Positions 10,454 through 19,472 of a DNA stretch of 64,000 bases are shown in pieces (positions within the stretch are counted from its first letter, which is position 1; every line of letters begins with the position of its first letter). The notes beneath the pieces were generated by a model. That model did not search any database. It saw only the letters and a list, made by a program, of their open reading frames with translations, and had not been told where the DNA came from. The DNA is from an uncultured Gammaproteobacteria bacterium (lineage in GTDB: Bacteria > Patescibacteriota > Patescibacteriia > Patescibacteriales > UBA12465), in contig CAZMYU010000002.1 in the NCBI GenBank assembly GCA_964570655.1, positions 11,367 through 75,366 on the forward strand, in the 5' to 3' direction. Both the position numbers and the translations under genes were made by a program.

Positions 10454-11428
10454 ATGAATATTTTAATTACTGGCGGGGCCGGGTTTATCGGCTCCAATTT
10501 TATCCGTTATTGGCTCCAAAATAATCCAGCTGACAAAATTATCAATTTGGACAAGCTTACCTATGCCGGCAACTTGGAAAATTTGCGTGATCTCGAGGCC
10601 AATCCCAATTATAAATTTGTCCAAGGAGACATCGCTGATGCTAATTTGGTTAACGAGTTATGTCGGGGTTTGGATTTGATTGTCCATTTTGCCGCCGAGA
10701 CTCATGTGGACCGTTCCATTACCAGTAGCGTCGATTTTATCAAAACCAATGTAGTGGGCACGATGACTTTGCTGGAAGCCGCCAAAAAAAATGGCGGAAT
10801 CCGTTTTCATCATATTTCTACCGACGAAGTCTTTGGATCTTTGGGCAAGAACGATCCAGCTTTTACCGAAAATTCACTTTACGATCCACGTTCTCCCTAT
10901 TCGGCTTCCAAGGCTGCCTCTGATCATCTGGTCCGCGCGTATTTTCATACTCATAATTTGCCGATCACCATTTCTAATTGTTCTAATAATTACGGACCTT
11001 ATCAGCATCCGGAAAAATTAATTCCATTTTTTATTACCAACTTAATCGATGGTCAAAAAGTACCGCTTTATGGCGATGGTTCTAATGTGCGAGATTGGAT
11101 TCATGTTAGCGATCATAATCGCGGAGTCGAATTAATTATCAAGAAAGGCAAAATTGGCGAAACTTATTGTTTGGGTGGTGCCAATGAAAAAACCAACAAA
11201 GAAATTACTCATCTGGTTTTGGCTGATATGGGTTATGGCGAAGAAATGATAAATTATGTGGCCGATCGTTTGGGTCATGATTTCCGTTATGCTATTGATT
11301 TTAGTAAAGCTCAAACCGAATTAGGGTTTCAACCCGAAATAGATTTTACTACTGGGCTCAAATCCACCATTGATTGGTATAAAAACAATGAGGCTTGGTG
11401 GCGTCCAGTCAAATCCGCTAAATTATAA
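10454..11428 (+). CDS. rfbB: dTDP-glucose 4,6-dehydratase
   Basis: 'MNILITGGAGFIGSNF', 'YSASKAASDH' SDR catalytic YxxxK. Confidence 0.9.
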   Translation: MNILITGGAGFIGSNFIRYWLQNNPADKIINLDKLTYAGNLENLRDLEANPNYKFVQGDIADANLVNELCRGLDLIVHFAAETHVDRSITSSVDFIKTNVVGTMTLLEAAKKNGGIRFHHISTDEVFGSLGKNDPAFTENSLYDPRSPYSASKAASDHLVRAYFHTHNLPITISNCSNNYGPYQHPEKLIPFFITNLIDGQKVPLYGDGSNVRDWIHVSDHNRGVELIIKKGKIGETYCLGGANEKTNKEITHLVLADMGYGEEMINYVADRLGHDFRYAIDFSKAQTELGFQPEIDFTTGLKSTIDWYKNNEAWWRPVKSAKL

Positions 11429-11443
11429 ATAAATTTACATACC

Positions 11444-12316
11444 TTGCTTATGAAAATACTCATCTTGGGATCATTGGGAAATTTAGGCACTCAACTCGTT
11501 AAAATTTTCAAAACTGATAGTAATTTTGAAGTCTTGGCTTTAAACAAAGAAGACTTAGATATTACTAATAATAATTTGCTTTTGGGAAAGATCGAACAAT
11601 ATCAGCCCGGAATTATTATTAATGCCACTGGTTACAATTCGGTGGATGGTTGCGAAACAAATCCAGCTGAATATGCTGTGGCTCAAAAAATTAATGGCGA
11701 AGCTTTGTCTTATCTGGCTGAAGCCGCTCTCAAATTTGGCGCCACTTTGGTTCATTTTTCCACTGATTATGTTTTTGCCGGCACCAAGGCAGAGGGTTAT
11801 TTAGAAACTGATACTCCTGATCCGATTAATAATTATGGCCGTTCTAAACTACTAGGGGAACAAGCTATTTTGGAGGCAGCTAATCGTGGTCTTAATTATT
11901 ATCTAATTAGAACTTCTAAGATGTTTGGCCCCAAAGGATTGGATGATACGGCCAAGCCTGGTTTTTTTGATTTGATGTTGGAGTTAGCCGCTAAGGGTCG
12001 ACCGATTCAAATAGTTAATGATGAGAAGAGTTGTTTTACTTATACTGAAGATTTGGCCAAAGAGACTTTGAAGCTAGTCAGTGATGATCATTCTTATGGT
12101 ATTTATCATATCACCAATTCTGGTCCGGCCACTTGGTATGAAGCGGCCTTGGAATTATTTACTCTCAAGGGGGTCAAGGCTGAACTACTGCCGATTAGTC
12201 GCTTGGATTATGCGCGACCAGCGGCTCGACCAGCCAATTCTGTTTTGCTTAATACCAAATTACCACCACTGCGTTCTTATCAGGAAGCTCTCAAAGAATT
12301 TTTACAATTAATTTAA
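11444..12316 (+). CDS. rfbD: dTDP-4-dehydrorhamnose reductase
   Basis: 'MKILILGSLGNLG' Rossmann, RmlD-like length and context. Confidence 0.8.
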   Translation: MLMKILILGSLGNLGTQLVKIFKTDSNFEVLALNKEDLDITNNNLLLGKIEQYQPGIIINATGYNSVDGCETNPAEYAVAQKINGEALSYLAEAALKFGATLVHFSTDYVFAGTKAEGYLETDTPDPINNYGRSKLLGEQAILEAANRGLNYYLIRTSKMFGPKGLDDTAKPGFFDLMLELAAKGRPIQIVNDEKSCFTYTEDLAKETLKLVSDDHSYGIYHITNSGPATWYEAALELFTLKGVKAELLPISRLDYARPAARPANSVLLNTKLPPLRSYQEALKEFLQLI

Positions 12317-12325
12317 AACAAATTT

Positions 12326-13051
12326 ATGAAAGGCATTATATTATCTGGTGGGAGCGCCACGCGACTACGGCCTTGCACCAAAATAACCTCCAAACAATTA
12401 CTTCCGGTCTATAACCGGCCAATGATTTATTATCCGCTCAATACTTTAATCAAGGCGGGAATCAAAGATATTTTAATTATTATTGCCCCTGAACGAGCGG
12501 GAGATTATTTGAATTTGTTGGGCAGTGGCAAAGAGTTTGGAGTCAAGTTTACTTATGAAATTCAAGATCATCCTGAAGGCCTACCGCAGGCCTTTTTAAT
12601 TGGCGAAAAGTTTATTGATAAAGATAATGTGACGATGATTTTGGGTGATAATATTTTTGAAGATGATTTGGCCGAGGAAATCAAAAATTTTCAGTCCGGA
12701 GCCAAGATTTTTGCCAAAGAGGTTCCAGATCCAGAACGTTTTGGAGTAGTTGAATTTGATGAAAACTTTAAAGCTTTATCCATTGAAGAAAAACCACCGC
12801 ATCCCAAGTCTAATTATTGCGTGACCGGTTTATATGTTTACGATTCCCAGGTTGTCGAGGTGGCCAAAGGGTTAAAACCTAGCGCCCGGGGCGAGCTAGA
12901 AATCACCGATGTTAATAATTGGTATTTAGAGCATCAGCAATTAAATGTCGGCATGGTGAAAGGAGCCTGGATTGATGCCGGTACCTTTGACAGCTTGCTG
13001 GAAGCGCAAATCTTGGCCAAAGAAAAATTACAAACTAAATTGATTATTTAA
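12326..13051 (+). CDS. glucose-1-phosphate thymidylyltransferase-like sugar nucleotidyltransferase (short form, 241 aa)
   Basis: 'MKGIILSGGSATRLRP...KQLLPVYNRPMIYYPL' RmlA N-terminal signature. Confidence 0.75.
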   Translation: MKGIILSGGSATRLRPCTKITSKQLLPVYNRPMIYYPLNTLIKAGIKDILIIIAPERAGDYLNLLGSGKEFGVKFTYEIQDHPEGLPQAFLIGEKFIDKDNVTMILGDNIFEDDLAEEIKNFQSGAKIFAKEVPDPERFGVVEFDENFKALSIEEKPPHPKSNYCVTGLYVYDSQVVEVAKGLKPSARGELEITDVNNWYLEHQQLNVGMVKGAWIDAGTFDSLLEAQILAKEKLQTKLII

Positions 13052-13055
13052 TTTT

Positions 13056-14333
13056 ATGTCTAAAATATCCAATAGTCCTCTTAAGGGAATGGCCGATTGG
13101 CTACCCGAGGAATATAGAATTCGTAAGTATATTTTTGATACTTGGCGAAAAATTTGTTTGAGTTATGGTTTTGAAGAATATCTAACTCCGATTCTAGAAA
13201 ATGCCGATATTTATCGGGCTAAATCCGGTGAAGATATTGGCCAGAAAGAGCTCATGATTTTTGTGGATGCGGGTGGCCGGGAATTGGCTATTCGTCCGGA
13301 GATGACTCCTTCGGTGACCCGTTTAGTTTCACGGGTTTATGATAGTGCTCCGAAACCGATCAAATACTTTTCTCTAGCCAATTTTGTACGCAATGAAAAA
13401 CCCCAACGTGGTCGTAATCGCGAATTTTGGCAACTCAATGCGGATATTTTTGGTTCCACTGATTTGGGAGCAGATTTAGAAATTTTACAGTTATCCTTAG
13501 ATATTCTCCTGGCTTTTAATCCACCAGCCGGGTCTTTTAAGCTCTTGTTGAACCATCGCCAACTTTTAAATGGACTCCTGGAGTCGGCCAAAGTGAAAAC
13601 TAATTTGAAAGTTCAAACCGTAAGAATCTTGGATAAATTTCGCAAATTATCAGCTTCGGATTTTATGAAAGCTTTGGCGGATTTGGGTCTTAAAAATTCT
13701 AGTGTTGATTATCTGATAAAATTTATGACCAGCGCTAATATTGGCGAGGTCAAACAGCGTTTACCCGAATTAGCGGATAATGCTGGTCTCAAGGATATTG
13801 AAAAAATTATTAGCGAGCTAGATGCTTTGGGTTATGGCCGTTTTGCCGAGTTTGATCCGGCGATTATTCGAGGCTTTGATTATTATGATGGATTGATTTT
13901 TGAATTTTTTGATAAACATCCTGATAATAATCGAGCGATGTTTGGTGGCGGTCGTTATAATGGATTGGCTCAGATTTTTGGCAAGGCTAGTTTTCCGGCT
14001 GTGGGGATTGCTCCAGGCGATGAAACTATCAAATTGTTTTTGGAGAGCTGGGGTCTTTTAGATAATATTAAATCTAGTGAAATCGAAAAATATTATTTGC
14101 CGCTCTTGGCGCCAGAATTAATCCACGACACTCGGCGACTAGCCAAAAAATTGCGCAGCAAAAACGTGGCCGTTGAATTGGGCTTTGAAGTAGTGAAGCT
14201 TGGCAAGGCTTTGGAATATGCTAATAAAAAGAAGATCGCCAAGGTGGTAATTTTGGGAACTGAAGAAAAAAATCGTCGAGTTTATAAAATCAAAGATATG
14301 CTCAGTGGCTCAGAAAAAGAGCAGTCTTTGTAA
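13056..14333 (+). CDS. hisS: histidyl-tRNA synthetase
   Basis: class II motifs; 'FGGGRYNGL' HisRS signature. Confidence 0.9.
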   Translation: MSKISNSPLKGMADWLPEEYRIRKYIFDTWRKICLSYGFEEYLTPILENADIYRAKSGEDIGQKELMIFVDAGGRELAIRPEMTPSVTRLVSRVYDSAPKPIKYFSLANFVRNEKPQRGRNREFWQLNADIFGSTDLGADLEILQLSLDILLAFNPPAGSFKLLLNHRQLLNGLLESAKVKTNLKVQTVRILDKFRKLSASDFMKALADLGLKNSSVDYLIKFMTSANIGEVKQRLPELADNAGLKDIEKIISELDALGYGRFAEFDPAIIRGFDYYDGLIFEFFDKHPDNNRAMFGGGRYNGLAQIFGKASFPAVGIAPGDETIKLFLESWGLLDNIKSSEIEKYYLPLLAPELIHDTRRLAKKLRSKNVAVELGFEVVKLGKALEYANKKKIAKVVILGTEEKNRRVYKIKDMLSGSEKEQSL

Positions 14334-14346
14334 TAAATAGATCGCC

Positions 14347-15117
14347 ATGTCTGTATATTATAATGTTCCGCGGAGCAAAAATATTTTTGCTCCGTCAGCC
14401 AAAACTCCTTTCAAGTTGAGTCGCTCCAAGATTGAATTATTTTCGAATTGTCCACGTTGTTTTTATCTAGATAGACGTTTGGGCATTGATCGACCGCCAG
14501 GCTTTCCTTTTAATCTAAATAGCGCCGTAGACGCGCTCCTCAAAAAAGAATTCGATCTGCATCGAGCCAAGAAGACTATTCACCCCCTAATGAAAGCCTA
14601 TGGACTAGACCTCATTCCGTTAGCCCATGATTCTCTAAATGAGTGGCGGGAAAACTTCAAAGGCGTTCAGTTTTTGCATCCGGCTACGAATTTGTTGGTT
14701 ACTGGAGCGGTTGATGATTTATGGACTGATAGTCATGGAGTTTTTTATGTTGTGGATTATAAGGCCACTAGTAAAGATAGTGAAGTAAACATTGATAGTG
14801 ATTGGCAGATATCTTATAAGCGGCAAATGGAGATTTATCAGTGGCTACTTCGGCAAAATAAATTTGAAGTTTCTAGCACTGGTTATTTTGTCTATTGTAA
14901 TGGGCGAACCGACAAGAAAGCTTTTGATGGCAAATTGGAATTTGATGTTAAAATAATTCCGTATACTGGTAGTGACGCTTGGGTGGAGTCGGCTATTATT
15001 TCAGCTCATCAGTGTTTAATGTCATCAGAAATTCCCAATCAAAGTCCAGATTGTGATTATTGCAACTACGTAAAGGCTTTGGGGACGCTAAGCAAAAAAC
15101 AAAACAAATTATTTTAG
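14347..15117 (+). CDS. PD-(D/E)XK nuclease superfamily protein with Cas4-like Fe-S cysteines
   Basis: 'CPRCFYL' N-terminal + 'C..(13)..CDYCNY' C-terminal Cys; 'VDDLWTD...VVDYKATS' D..D/ExK-type motif. Confidence 0.55.
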   Translation: MSVYYNVPRSKNIFAPSAKTPFKLSRSKIELFSNCPRCFYLDRRLGIDRPPGFPFNLNSAVDALLKKEFDLHRAKKTIHPLMKAYGLDLIPLAHDSLNEWRENFKGVQFLHPATNLLVTGAVDDLWTDSHGVFYVVDYKATSKDSEVNIDSDWQISYKRQMEIYQWLLRQNKFEVSSTGYFVYCNGRTDKKAFDGKLEFDVKIIPYTGSDAWVESAIISAHQCLMSSEIPNQSPDCDYCNYVKALGTLSKKQNKLF

Positions 15118-15126
15118 TCTTTTGAT

Positions 15127-15831
15127 ATGACTTTGACTGATTTGAGAAGGGAACTCCAGAAACTAGCCGATCCTAAAAAAGCCAAAATTCTATCTGGTTT
15201 TTTTAAAACGGCTCCTGGTCAATATGGCGCTGGCGATGTTTTTTTGGGGATAATTGTGCCCAGACAAAGAGAAGTGGCCAAAAAATATCAAAGCCTAGAT
15301 TTTGGTGATTTGCAAAAATTATTAAAATCTAAAATTCACGAAGAACGCTTAATCGCTTTGCTGATTTTAGTGGCTCGCTTTACTAGCGGAAATCAGGTTG
15401 AGCAAAAGAGGATTTTCGATTTCTATTTGAAAAATACCGATCGAATCAATAATTGGGATTTGGTAGATTTGAGTGCTCACCATATTGTCGGGGCTTATCT
15501 CCAGGATAAAAATCGTCAGATTTTGCATAAGCTAGCTAATTCCCAAAAATTATGGGAGAAACGGATTAGTATTATTAGCACTTTTTATTTTATTAGACGT
15601 CATGATTTTTCTGATGCTCTGGCTATTTCCAAAAAACTTTTAAATGATTCTCACGATTTGATTCATAAGGCTTCTGGTTGGATGATTCGGGAAATAGGGA
15701 AACGAGACCAGCAAGTTTTAATAAAGTTTTTAGATAAACATTATAAAAAAATGCCGCGCACGATGCTCCGTTATGCGATTGAAAAAATGTCAGCTAGTGA
15801 GCGAGCTAAATATTTGAAAAAATATGAATAA
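15127..15831 (+). CDS. DNA alkylation repair (AlkD-like) HEAT-repeat protein
   Basis: overall resemblance to pfam08713 DNA_alkylation family (helical repeats, 234 aa). Confidence 0.55.
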   Translation: MTLTDLRRELQKLADPKKAKILSGFFKTAPGQYGAGDVFLGIIVPRQREVAKKYQSLDFGDLQKLLKSKIHEERLIALLILVARFTSGNQVEQKRIFDFYLKNTDRINNWDLVDLSAHHIVGAYLQDKNRQILHKLANSQKLWEKRISIISTFYFIRRHDFSDALAISKKLLNDSHDLIHKASGWMIREIGKRDQQVLIKFLDKHYKKMPRTMLRYAIEKMSASERAKYLKKYE

Positions 15832-16777
15832 TTCTAGCGAAGTCCATGAATTGAAAATACTAGGAAAAATTGATTTGTCCAAAATCCCTGATAATCATCA
15901 CAAAAATGGTCATCCCAAAACTCCAGAGGCCCCTGAATCTTCTTGGGAGCTTTACTCTGAAAAGATAAATGTCAAGTTGGGGGAAATGGCGGCTGAAATC
16001 AATAGCGAACATGGCAATTTTTTAGATGAGAGTGCAGCGGTTGATATGGAGGCTTATCGAGGGCGAGATTTGGGTCGTTTCAACTGGGAAGTCGAAAAAG
16101 ACCAGGAATATATTGCTGGCTTAGAGTTTAAATTTTCTAGAAAAAAAGATTTGGAAATCGAAGAGTGGCGAGCTGAGCGAGAAAAACAACCAGGGGTAGT
16201 CGCTGAAAAATTAATTACTCTGGTTTTGCATAAGATTTTAAAAGAGCGATTTATTATTGCTCGGGCTTCGACTTATGATGATTATCGTCATAAAGTTGAT
16301 AATTTAATGATTGACAGAGAGACCGGGGCAGTGATTTGTGGTTTTGATGATGTTCAGGCTGGAGATAATTTTAATTCTGAAAAATTTGGTTTAGAAAATA
16401 AAGGCTCTAAAATTTTTGACGGCTTGCCTTATGGTGGAGCCAAGATAAAATACGGAGCGACCATGGAAAACGGTAGTCTGGTCAAACGGCCAATCTATAA
16501 TGTGCCAGGATTTTTCTTGGCCGCCAGCAATGAAGACTTGGAATCTTTAGCACAGAATTTGGATAATCCAGAGATTAGCACTGAGGAAGCGGATATTTTT
16601 CGACGTTTTGTAAACTCTATCAAGGATCAATTGAAAACGGTTTATAAAGAGCAGATGGATAAAATAGATGTTAAAGACGAAGATTTTAAATTGAATAATT
16701 TACGTCAGAATTTGCGAAGGTTTCAGGATTCTTTGGTGGTTTTAGAGGAAATTTCTAAAAATTTAAAAAATAATTAA
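15824..16777 (+). CDS. hypothetical protein (overlaps upstream gene by 8 nt)
   Basis: 317-aa ORF, no recognisable domain. Confidence 0.45.
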   Translation: MNNSSEVHELKILGKIDLSKIPDNHHKNGHPKTPEAPESSWELYSEKINVKLGEMAAEINSEHGNFLDESAAVDMEAYRGRDLGRFNWEVEKDQEYIAGLEFKFSRKKDLEIEEWRAEREKQPGVVAEKLITLVLHKILKERFIIARASTYDDYRHKVDNLMIDRETGAVICGFDDVQAGDNFNSEKFGLENKGSKIFDGLPYGGAKIKYGATMENGSLVKRPIYNVPGFFLAASNEDLESLAQNLDNPEISTEEADIFRRFVNSIKDQLKTVYKEQMDKIDVKDEDFKLNNLRQNLRRFQDSLVVLEEISKNLKNN

Positions 16778-16778
16778 A

Positions 16779-18017
16779 ATGGCAAATTTTCAAGTTTACA
16801 ATACTCTTGGACGTCGCTTGGAAGAGTTCAAATCGCAACAAAAAAAGCGAGCGACTTTTTATTATTGCGGTCCGACTGTTTATTGGACTCAACATATTGG
16901 TAATTTGCGAGGTTCGGTTTGCGCCGATGTGGTCCATAGAACCTTGGCTTATTTTGATTACCGTGTGAAAATGGTTCGAAATTATACTGATGTTGGTCAT
17001 TTGGTTTCTGATGGCGACGATGGTGAAGATAAAATTGCCAAAGGCGCTAAAAGGGAGGGCCTTAGTCCGGATGAAATTGCTGACAAGTATATAAAAATTT
17101 ATGAAGCGGATACCCAGGATTTAAATATTTTGGAGCCGACTTATAAACCCCGAGCCACCAAGCATATCCAAGAGATTATCAAGATGATTTCTAAGCTTTT
17201 TAAAAAAGATTTTGTTTATTTGAGTGATCTGGCGGTTTATTTTGATATTTCTAAATATCCTGATTACGGTCGTTTGTCGGGCCAAAAGGCTAGTGATAAA
17301 TTAGGCGGAGCTGGGCGGGGGATAGCTCAGGATGACCAAAAGAAAAATAATGGTGATTTTGCGGTTTGGTTTTTCAAGGCCGGAGAACATTTGCGGGCTT
17401 TGCAAACCTGGGATTCACCTTTTGTTTCCCCTCTGACTAATTCGGGGCTTGGTTTTCCAGGTTGGCATATTGAATGTAGCGCCATGGCCAAAAAATATTT
17501 GGGTGAGACCATTGATATTCATATGGGCGGGATCGAGCATATTCCGGTCCATCATGAAAATGAAATTGCTCAGAGTTGGGGCGCTAATGACGGGGCCAAA
17601 TTGGCTAATTATTGGTTGCATAATGAACATTTGCTGGTAGATAATCAAAAGATGTCCAAGTCTGAAGGTACTTCTTATAGTTTGGCCGAAATAAAAGATC
17701 GGGGCTTTGATCCCCTAGCTCTGAGGTATTTTTTTCTAATGGCTCATTATCGGTCTAAGCAAAATTTTACCTGGGAAGCACTTGGCGCAGCGGAAAATGG
17801 TTTCAAAAAATTAAAAAATAAAATTGTTAGCTTGGGTTCTAAAACTGGCAAAATTAATATTGATTGGCAAAATAGATTTAAGAGGGCGATTGGTCAAGAT
17901 TTTAATGTCAGTAGCTCTTTGGCCCTCCTGTCACCACTTTTAAAATCAGATTTAAGCGAGGCCGATAAATTAGCGACGATTAAAGATTTTGATAAGGTCT
18001 GGGGTTTATTCTTTTAA
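16779..18017 (+). CDS. cysS: cysteinyl-tRNA synthetase (short, 412 aa)
   Basis: 'YYCGPTVYWTQHIGNLRG', 'WHIECSAM', 'KMSKSEGT'. Confidence 0.85.
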   Translation: MANFQVYNTLGRRLEEFKSQQKKRATFYYCGPTVYWTQHIGNLRGSVCADVVHRTLAYFDYRVKMVRNYTDVGHLVSDGDDGEDKIAKGAKREGLSPDEIADKYIKIYEADTQDLNILEPTYKPRATKHIQEIIKMISKLFKKDFVYLSDLAVYFDISKYPDYGRLSGQKASDKLGGAGRGIAQDDQKKNNGDFAVWFFKAGEHLRALQTWDSPFVSPLTNSGLGFPGWHIECSAMAKKYLGETIDIHMGGIEHIPVHHENEIAQSWGANDGAKLANYWLHNEHLLVDNQKMSKSEGTSYSLAEIKDRGFDPLALRYFFLMAHYRSKQNFTWEALGAAENGFKKLKNKIVSLGSKTGKINIDWQNRFKRAIGQDFNVSSSLALLSPLLKSDLSEADKLATIKDFDKVWGLFF

Positions 18018-18026
18018 ATTGAATCA

Positions 18027-18956
18027 ATGAAAAATTTTTGGCAAAAAATAAAAACACCGATAATTGCTTTAGCGCCAATGGCTGGTATTTCTGACCAGCC
18101 ATTTAGAATTGTTTGCAAAAAATTTGGGGCGGATGTGGTATACAGCGAAATGATTAGCGCCGCGGCTTTGTATTATGGTTCTCCAGAAACCTTGAAGCTG
18201 ATGCGCTTTTCTAAAATAGAAAGACCCTATGTGGTGCAGCTTTTTGGCAGTGAGCCACAGCATTTTGCCAAGGCTACTGAAATTATTACCAAAAAAATAA
18301 AACCTGATGGGATTGATATCAATTTTGGTTGTCCGGTCAAAAAGATTTATCGCCAAGGAGCTGGTTCGGCGCTCATGACTGATCTAAAAAAATCACGAGC
18401 GGTGCTTGAGGCTGTTTTGGCCAATACCAATTTGCCAGTGTCAATTAAAACTCGCACAGCCGTGGGCAAAACCAAATTAATTGATTTTATAAAAAATATT
18501 TCCGATTTAAATATTTCAGCCCTCATGATCCATGGTCGAACTCTGGCTCAAGGATTTACTGGTCCAGCTGATTGGTCGATTGTCAAAAAAATTAGACCAT
18601 ATTTTTCTGGTAAAATATTAATTAATGGTGGTATCAATTCTGTGGCCGATTACTTGGAGGCTCTAAAAGCTAGTGGAGCTGATGGGGTTGGGCTGGGTCG
18701 GGGAGTTTGGGGGCGTCCTTGGTTGTTCCAGGAAATAAAAAACAAAAAAACGATAATATTAACGCCGCAGCAAATTTTTAAAATTGCTTTTGAGCATAGC
18801 CAGCTAGCTTTTAAATTGAAATCCGAGACAGGTCTTGTGGAAATGCGTTCTCATCTTAGCAACTATGTTAACGGCCTAAAAAATGCTAAAATACTAAGAG
18901 GTGAGCTAATGGAGGCCAGGAGTTTGGAGGATATAAAGAGGGTATTGAAAATTTGA
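18027..18956 (+). CDS. dus: tRNA-dihydrouridine synthase
   Basis: 'DINFGCPVKKI' Dus motif, TIM-barrel FMN enzyme. Confidence 0.85.
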   Translation: MKNFWQKIKTPIIALAPMAGISDQPFRIVCKKFGADVVYSEMISAAALYYGSPETLKLMRFSKIERPYVVQLFGSEPQHFAKATEIITKKIKPDGIDINFGCPVKKIYRQGAGSALMTDLKKSRAVLEAVLANTNLPVSIKTRTAVGKTKLIDFIKNISDLNISALMIHGRTLAQGFTGPADWSIVKKIRPYFSGKILINGGINSVADYLEALKASGADGVGLGRGVWGRPWLFQEIKNKKTIILTPQQIFKIAFEHSQLAFKLKSETGLVEMRSHLSNYVNGLKNAKILRGELMEARSLEDIKRVLKI

Positions 18957-18974
18957 TACGGGAATTAATTGGTT

Positions 18975-19095
18975 AATTCAAAACTCAAAACTCAAGATTC
19001 AAAACTACAACGCAAATGTCAAAGTTAATAATTCAATTAGTTTTTAGTTTTAAGATGTGGTTTTGACTTTTGCATTTTGAATTTTGAGTTTTCAT
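18975..19095 (+). repeat. long A/C-arm vs G/T-arm hairpin repeat (family copy 1), probable terminator of dus
   Basis: left arm 'tcaaaactcaaaactcaagattcaaaactacaacgcaaatgtcaaag', right arm 'ttttgacttttgcattttgaattttgagttttc' + T-run. Confidence 0.5.
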
Positions 19096-19103
19096 TTTTT
19101 ATT

Positions 19104-19472
19104 ATGACTTTATATATAGACACTGCCAGTAATGACTTTATAATTTTGGGCTTGAAGTCTGGAGTTAATTTTGTGCTTAAAAAAAAGATTTCGGCGCATC
19201 GTCAGCAATCTGAGAAACTAATAAAAAATATTGATAAAATTTTGGCATTAAAAAAAATAGCCCCCAGCAAAATAAGAGCCATTGAAGTTGTTAATGAGGG
19301 TGATAGTTTTACGGCTCTCAGAATAGGGGTGATTACTGCCAATACCTTGGCTTATGCTTGGGGCTTACCAGTTTTGCCCACCAATAAAAAAGGTTTAAAA
19401 TCTAAAAATAAAATAAATTTGGCCATTCCGATTTATAGCCGTGAACCGGAGATTGGCCAAAAGAAGATATGA
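19104..19472 (+). CDS. tsaB: TsaB-like (tRNA t6A) protein, N-terminal half only (123 aa from ATG; track used TTG at 19077)
   Basis: 'LYIDTAS', 'EGDSFTALRIGVITANTLAYAWGLPV' match TsaB/YeaZ N-domain. Confidence 0.5.
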   Translation: MTLYIDTASNDFIILGLKSGVNFVLKKKISAHRQQSEKLIKNIDKILALKKIAPSKIRAIEVVNEGDSFTALRIGVITANTLAYAWGLPVLPTNKKGLKSKNKINLAIPIYSREPEIGQKKI

